A DNA stretch of 64,000 nt from Hydrolagus affinis. Lineage: Eukaryota. Below the pieces are notes generated by a model, which was given only the letters and a program-made list of their open reading frames with translations, searched no databases and was not told where the DNA came from. This document shows positions 50,100-61,900 of this stretch, in pieces (positions within the stretch are counted from its first letter, which is position 1; each line of letters starts with the position of its first letter). The DNA lies in assembly GCA_012026655.1 (NCBI GenBank), contig JAAILG010000100.1, forward strand, positions 62,001 to 126,000, given 5' to 3'. The translations under genes were made by a program, and so were the position numbers.

Positions 50100-50800
50100 C
50101 CCTTTAAAGTTTACTCGCTTCTCCCTCTGTAATGGATGAACTCTGGAAGAGTCCGCCATTGTGTAGACTGTGGACTGCGGACCCCCACCCAGGCCTCAGA
50201 GCGAGCGAGAAAGGGCTCCCTGTCACGAGCCTCAACACCCCCCCCCAACCATTACTCAGCCCCTCACCCACCTTACTAAACACCTCCAAGTCATCGTCGT
50301 CGTCCTCGTCGAAACCCAGCACGTCCTTAGAGAGCGGGTGAGGAGGGGCTGAGACTACGGGGGTCGACGCCGAAGCTGAGAGTTTGAGGGTCTTGCTGAG
50401 GCCGGCGGCGGTTTCCATTCTGTACAGCCGGAGCCGCCCAGGCTCAGGACGGCGGTTGACGGTTGGCAGTTGGTGGGGGAGGCAGCGCGCGGGGGGCGGA
50501 GGAGGGGTGGTGGGTGGGGGGGAGAGAGAGCCCAGTGCGCAGGAGCGGAAGCGGCCCGCGGGCCGGAGCTGGGAAAGGGCGGGGACACACACACACACAC
50601 ATATTACTCAATCTCTCCCACTGAATAATAATGATTGTGATATCCACATTAGTAATAGTGTTATTATCAGCCCCTCAAGTTGACTGACTGGAGTTGCGTT
50701 CATGGAGTAAGACTCGGCGCACGATTGCAGCCTCGCTCTTCAACAACAACAACAACAACACCTGCGGCTCCTGTTTGTGACGAGCTGCAGTGATGGCGTC
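50100..50800 (-). promoter_or_regulatory. CpG-island promoter / 5' UTR of SNX7
   Basis: The only strongly GC- and CpG-rich non-repeat stretch in the window. GC box gggcgggg (50577-50584), ETS-like gcggaag (50545-50551), NRF1-like tgcgcagg (50536-50543), no obvious TATA box. Confidence 0.8.
50272..50418 (-). CDS. SNX7: SNX7 coding exon 1 (147 nt): METAAGLSKTLKLSASASTPVVSAPPHPLSKDVLGFDEDDDDDLEVFSK
   Basis: ATG in strong Kozak context (agaATGg) and donor aag|gtgggt. The acidic DEDDDDDLEVFSK motif is typical of SNX7. Lies within the CpG-rich island. Confidence 0.9.
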
Positions 50801-53228
50801 ACAAATTTGACACAAATCGTCTGGTTTTTTTTCCGTTGTTGTATCCTACAAGTTGCCTTGAGTGTGTGTGTGAAGCGTGTGTAAAGTGGGTGGCCAACGA
50901 TGTCACCCCTGCTGTGTTTAAATTGAATTGCTTTTCGTTCTTTGTGTGTGTGTGTGTGTGTGGTTTTTTTGGGGGGGTGGGGGGCGTTGCAGTTAAAATG
51001 GGTCGTCGTTTGAAATGATGAGGGGATAGGGTTTGGGAGGGAGGGAGGGCTGGCTGTAAAACCCTGTTGGTACCTAGAAGAATTTGTGAGAGACCAGTTG
51101 TTTTTTTGTTTGGCGGCTAGAAATACATACATTCAGCGGAAATACAGACTGGAGCGAAGTGTTTTACTTCTACAACTTTCAGGTTGTCCAGTTTGATCAG
51201 TCAGTATTCATTATCCTAATTTCCAATGCAATTTGAAAGCATTGGACTTAATCCACCCCCCCCCCCTCCCCCACCACCTGATAAAATAATTTGCAAACTT
51301 CTTTACTAGTGTTATTTTTTATATAAAAATAATATATCAAAACAGCACTATGTTCATAATGCTTTTTCTACACATATATATACAGTATATCAAAAAAAAA
51401 GTTTCATAGCTCAGAAGAAGGCGTTTAAATGACTGCGAACACAGTACAACTTTGGAAAAGACTCATTTGAGAGAGAGAGAGAGAGATGGTGTTGATTATT
51501 CTGGGTCCCTGGAAATGCTTGGAGAATTCTAAAAATTTCGATCGATCTCACAAGAGTCGGTTTGAATTGCATGTGTTCAAACTTTAAAGAATATATTTTA
51601 AGAGGCATGCATGAATGAAGCTGTAATTGTTAGTTGGGTTGATTTGTCTTCAAATGAATAATATTCTTGGTTTAATTGATCTGCCTATGTGGCATTTCCT
51701 GGTACATTTTATTACAGTATTTTATTATTTGTTCAGGTGGTGCACAGATTTAAAAGCTCTACATGTATACACAGAACTAATCATAACAGTATGAATGGAA
51801 GGAATTCCTATTTTTTTTTCCTGGCACAGTTCAAGTCAAACACGCAAAGCCTGTAAGAATGCTCAAAGGGACAATTGTCGATCTTGTTAAACAATGGAAT
51901 AGTAGCAACATAAATGATTTATCAAGAGAAAATACTGTCAGATCTGGCCTTATTTAATATTATAAACGCAATAAAGCTACTGTACACTGAACCTCTATGG
52001 CCAAGAGGGGGCTCAGTAGTCACAATTCTTCCTAGAAATCTGCGAACACACTAATAAAAGTTTTTTGTAAAAAAAAATACGTTTGACATTCGATCTTCAA
52101 ACATAATTGAACACGTGTGTTTCTTCATATTATGTAACCAAAACGTAGGCATTAAAGCCATGGGATTCATCTCAGCATAATTGTTTTAAGATTTATTAAC
52201 GCATGATTAATAAGGGCAGCTGGAACCCAGTGCTAAACATAAATACAAGTGAAATGTCAGAAGAATGTCTACGTGGCAATCGCCAAGTTGTTTGTGTTTA
52301 TGCAATAGTAATAAATTAATGTTTCCAAAGACTAGCCATTTTCAAATTTGTTTCTAAGCTTGATATGTATTTATGAAATATTCTGCGTGATTTACCTTAA
52401 GCAGAGTAATTCCCAGCAATTATAATCTTAAAAGACCAGGAGTTAAATGGCTCCTTGTTGGTTAAATAGCGTGGTACGTCTTAGGCTTTTAACACTAAGA
52501 GCTGAGAGACACATTTCTGGTGACATTCTTGTGAGCCTTTAAAAGTACCATTCATTCACTAAGCTTAGAATAGAGTCCTGAAACCAACACAAAGACAGAT
52601 TTTATGTCAGCAGTTCTATAAATTATGCTGCTTCAAGATATCATCTCAGTACAGCTGATAATACTTTCAATGCTCAGATGTTTAATGCTGTCAGATAAAT
52701 CTTAAGAAAAGCTTAATAACAATGTGTCAGGTCAACTCCATTCGAGGAAGTCCATAAGCATACCTCACAAAAGCTTTGAATATTAAATATCGAATTGCTT
52801 TTATATTCCTTAACATGGAACTGTTATTTGCTTAGATATTTTCTTGGATTTCCAAGTCCATCTACACCATGAAACACATCGGCCAGGGTTAAAAGAAAGC
52901 CAATTGTGACTGAACTAAACATTCAGCAAGTGCATGCCCAAAATACTCTATATAATCTTCTATTCAAGCCTTCTTGCTTGTTCTACTTGCAACACATTTC
53001 CTTAATTTGCCAATTTATATTCTTGTCATACTACCTAGTTTTACAAAATCTGCCCCCTGAATCAACTGCACCACAGGCTTTGACAAATCCATACATAATA
53101 AACTTAACAGTTTAGAGATGTAATGTTCTAGATGTAAAATTTATTATTGAAATTTGGAAGCAGATAAAGCTACATCTGCATCATTGTTAGATTGCAGACT
53201 TTTTTTTAACCCCAAATACTGTCATCTA

Positions 53229-53551
53229 GGTGTCTTGTTGTTCGGTGGTTAGAGGACTCGCCTTACAAGCATGAGACCTGTGTTCGATTCCAGGCAGGGT
53301 GAAACCTTGGGCAAATTTCCTTACTCCACATGCCTAATTATAATCCCTCAAAACAAACAGTAATAAATTGGTGATTTCAATCCACGACTGTGGACTGTGG
53401 ACTGTTTGTGGGATACCGCTGTGCACAATTGGCTGCTGCTTTTTCCCAACAAATATAGTCATTTCACTTTAAGTATATTCTGTGAAGCGCTTTGAGACAT
53501 CCAGAAGACATGAAAAGCACTATATCGAATGCAAGGATGATTATTATTATT
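53229..53551 (+). mobile_element. Full-length tRNA-SINE copy
   Basis: Family consensus with an internal (gactgtg)x3 slippage. Confidence 0.88.
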
Positions 53552-54364
53552 TTGCACAGGGCATGTTACCCACAAAAAATATAATCATGTATAACAAACT
53601 GCCAGCACAAGCAATGGAACAAGGGTCTCAAAAAGGGACGAGAAGTTCCTGGAAATTTAAAAAGTTCACAATTATTTGATTATTAGACGTTTCAAAGGAG
53701 TGTATATTTTCTCATCCTCAGAAAATACAAAACAACATAAGATTTCTTTCTGTAATATTAGGTACGATGAATCTTAATCCACTCTTGCGCCAATCCATAA
53801 TAAATCACTTACTTAGATATTTATACAGCAGCTTGATATTTTATGTCTGAAGTATTTTATTCTAGCTCAAGAGACTCGGGGTTGTGTATTTGAAATATGT
53901 GTCATTGCTCAGTGACTGGCTGCTCTAATTCCACTGGTAATAAATATTAAAGGAAAATCAACAAGTCATTTATTAGTTCATATAATTTATTGAAGCATCA
54001 CAGATTCTTAATCTCCAGTGAAGTTTTTTCTACTGTATATATTGATAGGCCTTGATAATTATGGAATAATTTATGTAACATCACTGCTCCAGTGTGGTTG
54101 TTGCTAAGTGACAACAAATTGTATTTGAATACAGTGTTATAGAAATCAAATTACGAATCGTGTTCTCCGGTGAAATAAACAGCCGGAAAAGTTGTTTTAT
54201 GCTGAAGTAGCACTTCATGTATTTTATGCTTACACATGCTGGATGGCAAATTTGAATGGAAAGTTATGGAATAATAACAGGAGAAGTGGATCAGATTACT
54301 TGGAATGGATCCCTTCTCTTTTCAACTGGTACCATGGAGTCTTTTTCTTTAACATTTCAACAAA

Positions 54365-54470
54365 ATGACGGCAGCTCCAAAAATGCAGTACAACCATGGC
54401 AATGCACTGGAGTGTCAGCTCACACTATGTAAGGTCAAAGTCCTGCCCTGGGGTTTGAACTCACAACCTT
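54365..54470 (-). mobile_element. Older SacSINE1/AmnSINE-like 5' fragment
   Basis: tgcactggagtgtcagc...gggtttgaactcacaacctt is the reverse complement of a B box followed by gctgacactccagtgca, recalled from Deu-SINE heads. Confidence 0.6.
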
Positions 54471-54475
54471 TTTAA

Positions 54476-54782
54476 GTGAAGTCCTGTAACTCTGTGGTTA
54501 CAGCACTCGCCTCGCAAGCGACAGACCTGTGTTTGATTCCTGGCAGGGCAATACCGTGGGCAAATTTATTTTCATCACATGCCTCATACTAATCCCGCAA
54601 GAAAAAAAATTAATTGGTCACTTCAATTAATGACTGTTTATGGGACATTACTTTGCGCAATTGGCTGCTGTGTTTGCCCACAAATATAGTCCATTCACTT
54701 TACAGTGCATTCCGTGAAGCACTTTGAGACATCTCGAAGACATGAAAAGCGCTATATCAAATGCAAGGGTTATTATTATTAC
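54476..54782 (+). mobile_element. Full-length tRNA-SINE copy
   Basis: Diverged family consensus. Confidence 0.88.
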
Positions 54783-55178
54783 TCACATACAGGCAAGGGG
54801 GCTACCAACTGAGCTAGGCTGACACAACACTTCTTGCAAATCTTCACTTGAGAAATATTGGGCAATTACAGTTTGTACTATCATAAAAATAGAAAGAATT
54901 GATAACAAATAACCTTTGGAAGATTGAAAGGAAAGAAATATTTGAGATGGTCTCATCTGATTGGTAAATGTCCAAATCATGAATTGCCTTGCGGAGGGCC
55001 TGTTAATATGTGCAATTAACACTGACACAAAATATCCCTTTTGATATTGTAATGCTATCTATATAGTGCATACGCATTATGTTAAGATGATTTATGATAC
55101 TTGTTAATTATTGAAATGAATGTTCAATGCCACAGTTGATATGTGCTGCAAGCAAACAGTTGGTTTTATTATATATGG

Positions 55179-55240
55179 TAGCGCTCTGAGACGCTGTCCG
55201 GCGTGGAGGGCGCTATATAAATCAAAGTTGTTATTGTTGT
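55179..55240 (+). mobile_element. 3' tail of the second L2-like family
   Basis: agcgctctgagacgctgtccggcgtggagggcgctatataaatcaaagttgttattgttg. Confidence 0.7.
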
Positions 55241-55414
55241 AACATTTACCCGCAGCAAAAGGTGCACAATACATTGCCTGCATCGAGTGGATGTAAAACT
55301 AAACAAAATGTTTTCTTTTGGAGAAGCCAAGAATACCTATACCACAAGCTAGCAGCATGATTAGTTTGGGGCTAAATATTGTTTTATTAGGAGTTAGGTC
55401 TTCAAGTAACAGTA

Positions 55415-55749
55415 TAATAAATAATAATAATAATAATAATCTTTGCATTTGATACAGCGCTTTTCATATCTTCTCCACGTCTCAAAGCGCTTCACAGAAT
55501 GTACTGTAAAGTGAATTGACTGTATATTTGTGGGCGAAACGCGGCAGCCAATTGCACACAGCAGTGTCCCACAAACAGTCGTGGATTGAAATAACCAATT
55601 TTATTATTGTGTTTTTTTTGAGGGATTATTATTATTAGGTGTGTGGAGTAAGGAAACTTGCCCAAGGTTTCGCCCTGACCTGCCTGGATTCGAACACAGG
55701 TCTCACGCTTGTAAGGCGAGTGCTCTAACCACTGAGCTACAGGACTCCA
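55415..55749 (-). mobile_element. Full-length, near-consensus tRNA-SINE copy
   Basis: Intact A and B boxes, CpGs retained, long (aat)n tail. Confidence 0.92.
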
Positions 55750-56799
55750 GCAGATTATTTCTGGCGTACGCCTTTGAATTTTCTATACCAAGGAGCTGCT
55801 TACCTTGCTCATGCAAGAGATTTGCCAATATTTACTCTGCTTCATTTAGTAAGGGTGTCACATTTCAACCGTATTTATTCATTCAGCTTCTTGTGGAACC
55901 AGTTTCTGTAAACTCTCCCACCAATTTACTGTACCAACAAAAATATCTCAGAAACAGACATAAGAAACCAGAATCATTTCTAACAATCTGAGTTTTTCTT
56001 TCGATAAACTAATACATTTTGTACTGCGATGAATGTAAAGACTCTATGCATTGATTTCAAAAGTGTTCATTTGGATTCAGTATTACCAGAGATGACCATG
56101 TGTGTGTTCTTTTACAACAACAACAACAACTCGCATTTAAGAGCTTTGGGACGCAGGGTAGCATCCCAAAGATCTTAATATGTTGGGAGCAACATCAAAA
56201 TGGTTCCATAATCTCAAGTTCTTCATTGTCAACCATTTCTCAGTGGGTGGAAACTGGTTCCAATAGGAGTTATCTCAGCTGAGATTTGTATAGGGCAATA
56301 ATAAGGGGGTACTGTAAATTGAGAGATTTCAAAAGAAATGTAACTACTATTAATTTAAGCATGAATGTCAAATGGAAATATTTAAGTACTGTCTTATTTA
56401 GGGGGTTTCCTCTCCAGGCACACTCTTTAATATTGTCTTAAATTGTTAGAAACATAAAAAATCCATGTATGGTGTAACACAGGGGTCCTTATTCCAACAG
56501 AATCAATTCAAACTCAATCTAAAAATGCTAATTTTCATTTAGTCTGCAATATGTAAAATGAGCTGGTTAGGCTGAACTCATTGATGTGAATGCAGTTCAC
56601 CAATTTAGTGCACTGGCCTAGCACGCCAGAGATATTCTATTGTTGAATATCTAAATTAATCTACATATTGGAATAATTGAAACGAAAACAAGATGAAACA
56701 ACTCCACAAACTAGATGAGAGACTTGTGCACTGGTTTAACTTTTAAGCTTTCATGTTTGTGAGAAGATATAAAAGAACTCTCATAACAAGGTTATGTAT

Positions 56800-57095
56800 A
56801 ATAATAATAATCCTTTCATTTGGTGTTTTACCTTGTCGGATCGGAAGGAAGTGTCAAAGTGATTCACAGAGATGATTGTGAAATGGAGTGACTGGGTAGG
56901 CAAATACTGCAGCACAATTGCACAAAGGAATGTCCCACATAGCCATGAAATGAGTGACCAATTTTATTTGGCGGAAGATTGGCCAGGATATTGGGAGAAA
57001 CTCCCTTCTCTTTTCAAATAGTGCCTTGGAATCTTTAAAACCCACCTGAACAGGCAGAAAGACCCTTGGATTAAAGTCTCATATGAAGGATGGGT
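56800..57095 (-). mobile_element. Older full-Deu-domain SINE (SacSINE1/AmnSINE1-like)
   Basis: attggccaggatattgggagaaactcccttctcttttcaaatagtgccttggaatctttaaaacccacctgaacaggcag resembles the recalled Deu core (reverse complement). Confidence 0.7.
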
Positions 57096-57377
57096 GTTAT
57101 ATATTATCATTGAAAATGCCCTGTAATGCACTAGATATTTTAGCACACAAGTGAAAATTGGTAGATGAGGCTATACTAGCAAACAGATAAATCTGATGGA
57201 ACAAATGTGTTTCATTTATTCTTGCCGTGTTAATACCATTTGCACTGTACTTTTCTTCAAAGAATAGTACAGGTATTGTGTTTAAGCAATGGCCTGGGGT
57301 GAAATGTTCCATTTTATGTTGGACATCCAATTAAATATCTTTCAACACAGCATACATTTTCCTTATATAATTAGGAG

Positions 57378-57485
57378 TAATAATAATTCTTGCATTTGAT
57401 ACAGCACTTACAATTTCAAACGTTTCAAAGTGCTTCACCACGAATTGCCTCTCAAGTGTAGTGACTGTGAATTTGTAGGCAAACG
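57378..57485 (-). mobile_element. Degenerate SINE tail
   Basis: taataattcttgcatttgatacagcac...tcaaagtgcttcac. Confidence 0.65.
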
Positions 57486-58314
57486 TTTGAATAGAGTACA
57501 GCTCCCGTAGAAAGATTTTTAATACGCTTGAAATATTGGAAGATAATGTCTTCTAACCACTAGATGTTGCTGTTGTCTAGGTTTGTCTCAACTATTTTCC
57601 AAATTATGCTTTAAACTGACAACGTAAAACAATTTAGTACATTTGTAATAGGGCATATCGTTATATTTTATGAAGAATGTTTCACAGGATTTTATTTCTG
57701 GCTCAGTGCAAAAAATATTTGGGCTGCTGAAGTTGTGGTAGTAAATAACCAGGTAAATAATGAGCCAAGAGAAATGGACCACAAAAATGCCAGCTGCTTC
57801 AGTTGCCCCCTGAAACTCCTAAAATCACTGCATGCATGAAACAGTGCAATTCATGCTCAGTGTGGATTTCAGTTTTGGAGGACACCAAAGCACCTCTCTG
57901 CAGGCAGAATAAGCCAAGTGGCATGAAAAGATTCAGTTCATTGCACTTTATATCTAACAAGTGTTTGAATTCCATTCCCAGATCCCTCCGACTTGCTCCC
58001 CTCATCTCAAAATGTACTTTTGTGTTTGTGTGTGTGTGTTTTGGGGGGAGTAGGTGTTGTTTTAAAAGTATATACAGGTAATTTGTTAGTGGATTAGATT
58101 ATTGATTACATGCACAATATTTATTTTATATATTTATATTCTCCAACTCCAGAATGCTTGTACCTTAGGTGTGTTTTACTGGAAGCCTCTGCTGATGGCT
58201 AATGAAACGTCTAATCCCATTGCTGTTTCAATACCAGCATGGATTAGTTGAACTGAGTATTTTCTGGCTGTTTTAGTGGCTTGAACATTTTATGCAATTC
58301 ATTCGGATTAACCT

Positions 58315-58924
58315 GTAGCTCCTGTAGCTCTGTGGTTAGAGCACTCGCATTACAAGTGTGAGAACTGTGTTCGAATACAGGCTAATCAGGGCGAAACTTT
58401 GGGGCACGTTTCCTCACTCCGCATGCTTAATGATAATCCGTCCGAAAGAAAACACAATAATACAATTGGTCATTTCAATCCACGACTGTTTATGGGACAC
58501 TATTGGCTGCCGCATTTCGCCCACAAATATACAATCAATTCACTTTACAGTATATTCTGTGAAGCGCTTTGAGATGTCGATAAGATGTGAAAAGCTCTAT
58601 CGAATACAAGGATTATTATTATTAAAAGAAACACTGCCAGGGAAACAGACTGTCATTAAGGTGCAGCTCAAGATCTGCATTCAGATTATTTTTTATACCC
58701 TTTTCTTACTTCACACCACTGATAAAAATCTCAAGAAAAAAATACAATAATAATTTGGTCACTCAGTCCATGACTTTTGTGGGACACTGCTGTGCGCAAT
58801 TGGCTGCTGCATTTCACCCACAAAGATACAGTCAATTCACTTTACAGTATATTTTGTGAAGCGCTTTGAGATGTCTAGATGACCGTGAATAGCGCCATAT
58901 CAAATACCAGGATTAATATTATTA
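58315..58924 (+). mobile_element. Tandem SINEs: a full-length copy (58315-58623) and a 5'-truncated copy (58733-58924)
   Basis: Family consensus twice in the same orientation. Confidence 0.88.
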
Positions 58925-61900
58925 ATTTGTTACAGGCACCACCATGCTCATGTGCAGGACCAAAACTGGAGTGAATGTCTGCAGCATTTTGAATGGAAAG
59001 ACAGCAGTGGTATAATGGATGTGGGGTGTGGATGCTGTCAGTCCCCATTACAACAATACACAAATCCCAGCATGAGGAAGTAACTGAAGCTTGTAGATAC
59101 CTCAATGTGAACAAGCAGCTGCAGAACAGCGACAATTCTCTCTAATTGCTTTTCATGAGGTATAGAGTGTAATTATCATACTAACGTCACCATTCATGCA
59201 CCCACCACAACCCATTTACATCTCTTTGCAATGTTTCAGTTCCAGTAACACTGCATTAGTTGCTCCTCTGTGTGTGTGGTTACGTTGCCGGCAATTTTTA
59301 ATTTCATCCTAATGTCTTTTTGTGGTTCTGCTCCTATTTGATCTCTCCTCTGTTATACAAAGGAGCTTCCAAGTATCTTCGCAATCTTTCGTGTTATGAT
59401 GAAGGGTCACACCTGAACTGTGAACCTGTTGTATTTTTCAACTGCAAATTGATTGGCTTTCTTGCAATGTGTTCACTATCACATATTACTTTATATTTCT
59501 ACTCATTTTTGACCTGAATTCTCTCAGTATACAGAAACATATTATTATCCTCCTGATGTACAAGCAAAGCACTGTTAAACCTGATCTGCCATTACTTCAG
59601 ATGCAATGTTTGTGGCTCCATTGTTAACTTAAGTAATGATAAAAGTGATAATAGACAGACCCTCAGGTGGCTGTTTCCAATTTAAAGGAAGTAGAAATCA
59701 CTGTATATAAAGTATTATAGATGCTAGAGAGGCTAGTATTATTTGCTGATTAATTGAATTAAAACAAGCGATTTAATCTGATATAATCTTCATTGACATG
59801 TAAGGCAAGGCAAGCGTGTGAATGTTACAAATCTGAAATAAAAACATAAATTGCTGGAAATGCAACAGCAGGCAATCAACAACAACAATTTGCACTCACA
59901 ATAGTGACATTCAGGTAGTATAAAATCTTGGAGAGCTTCACAGAGATAAGGTTTGATGACAAGTGAGAGACAAGGGGAGGTGACCGTAAATGCAGTCGAA
60001 GAGGGAAGAGGAAGATACTTAGGCAGGATTTAAACACGAGTGGGTGCTAGATGGAGGGTTAGAAGGAGGGAGTCCGTAGGTTAAGATACAGCATTTCAAA
60101 GGGAAAATGTATGTTCTGAGGAGGGAAAGCAACAGAACATTAGCCTTGCTTTGATTCCTGTCTCTAATTAACCTGCAATAAATTTCCGGCAATTTCTATT
60201 TTTGTCATTCCTACTTTTTTTCATTCCCCATCTGTTCATACAGGTCTATACCTAACATATACCTATATCTGCAAATACCCAGTGATGGTGTTTATGTGTG
60301 AGCATCCAGATGATGGGAAAGTATGCAAATAAAAGTCTTTAAATGTGAAAAGAACCATTATATTCATCAGCAGGTGTTCAAGCCACATGTCTTATAGAAT
60401 TCCTCTCCTGGCTGTTTTCCTTTTCGCCATCAAAACAAAATTGAATTGGCATGGAGTTTAGATTTTTCTGTCTTAGTAATTGCAAACACTTGAAACAGAA
60501 TTCTACTACTGTTTGCATTGCATACCAAGATCCTGCTAATGATAGTGTTGTGCGGTATTGCCTAATATAAATCTTGCAAAAGTAGTGGATCTCGCAGAGC
60601 TTAATTTCATTTCTGGTAATAAAATGTAATGCAGTTCCATAGGTGACTCAATCCCAAAAGGTGTAGGGTTTGAAATAAAAGTAATAACTAGAATATCAAT
60701 ATAGTTATTTCTTGTGAGAATAATACCTTCTGCCTATCTGGAAAGAAATCAGTTCAGAATAAGGCTTTATGTATGATTGAAAAAATTCTCTGAGTTTGAT
60801 AGATCGTCACATATTTCGCTGCAAAACTGGTATAAATGGCCTTAACATTTTAGTGTTGATATATCCAACCCAAACAGAGTTCATCCTATTATACTGACTC
60901 ATACAATTGTATTCAAAGCTTTGAGCATATCACTTTTCATCTGAGTATAAAAACCATAATTACTTAGAAGGCCGAATAAATCTCCTTATCTCCTTATTCT
61001 ACCAAATGGAATTTGAGCAGGAAATACACACAGCATCTAGTAGCAATACTGTCTCTGATGGCCACCGTTCTCTCTCACGTGCACATTTACAAAACACACA
61101 GAAATCAATAAACTGCTTCAGATCCTCCATAGATATTTGGGATTAAATTAAAAATGCAAGCCACAGGAAGTAATTAGTTGACTAATGTGAAAATTAGATT
61201 TTTGGAACATTACTGATCACGGACAAGAGGCTGAGTACTGCTCTTGTCTGACTAAATGGAGGATAAACAATATCAGTGAGGGTTTGCCAAAGAAAATCAA
61301 TCCTGGAAGGATATTCCAACCATGTAATGTCCTACAAAGACAGGGTGAGGAAGTAACGCAGTTCCAACGTCATCAGGTAGGGATGTTATTTGGTTATTTG
61401 GATGAAATCCTTATTTAAAAGTCAATTACTGTACCTCTCTTTAAAACAATATGAAACAAATAACTTTGCTTAAAACAAAAATGACTTTCTGTAGAAAATG
61501 TAGAAAACCTCAAAGGACTCATGCAATCATATCAAGTCCTTTTGGTTGAAAAATAATCACTTATAAATGAGTACCTGGTTTAGATGGAAGTTTGTAAAAT
61601 CTAACACTGTGCAGCTACCTTTTATTATCTGTTATTTAAATCTGATTGAAAAAAATTGGATTAGGTAATGATAGTGGTTAATCAGTATTGTCTACCTCTG
61701 AATGCATTCAAATTGGCCTTTCCTCTCGAGGCTTGAGCTAGTATTGTTTCAGACCAGTTAGGATAAGGCTAAAACAGTGAATCAGATATGCTGAAACAAA
61801 CAAGCAGACTCAAATAAGCAAGTCACCAATTTTATTTGGAGATCATTTTATATATTTTTTTGGAAGCATGACAGATGAAACAGTTTCGTAAAACATGGGG

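Noticed and set aside
37097-50418. SNX30 or SNX4 rather than SNX7
   Set aside because: DLEVFSK, LKADWERW, CLATWESFL and adjacency to PLPPR5 fit SNX7 best, although a tree would be decisive.
50419-50598. In-frame N-terminal extension of SNX7
   Set aside because: No upstream ATG, stop-free stretches are expected in GC-rich DNA, and the ATG at 50418 has a strong Kozak context.
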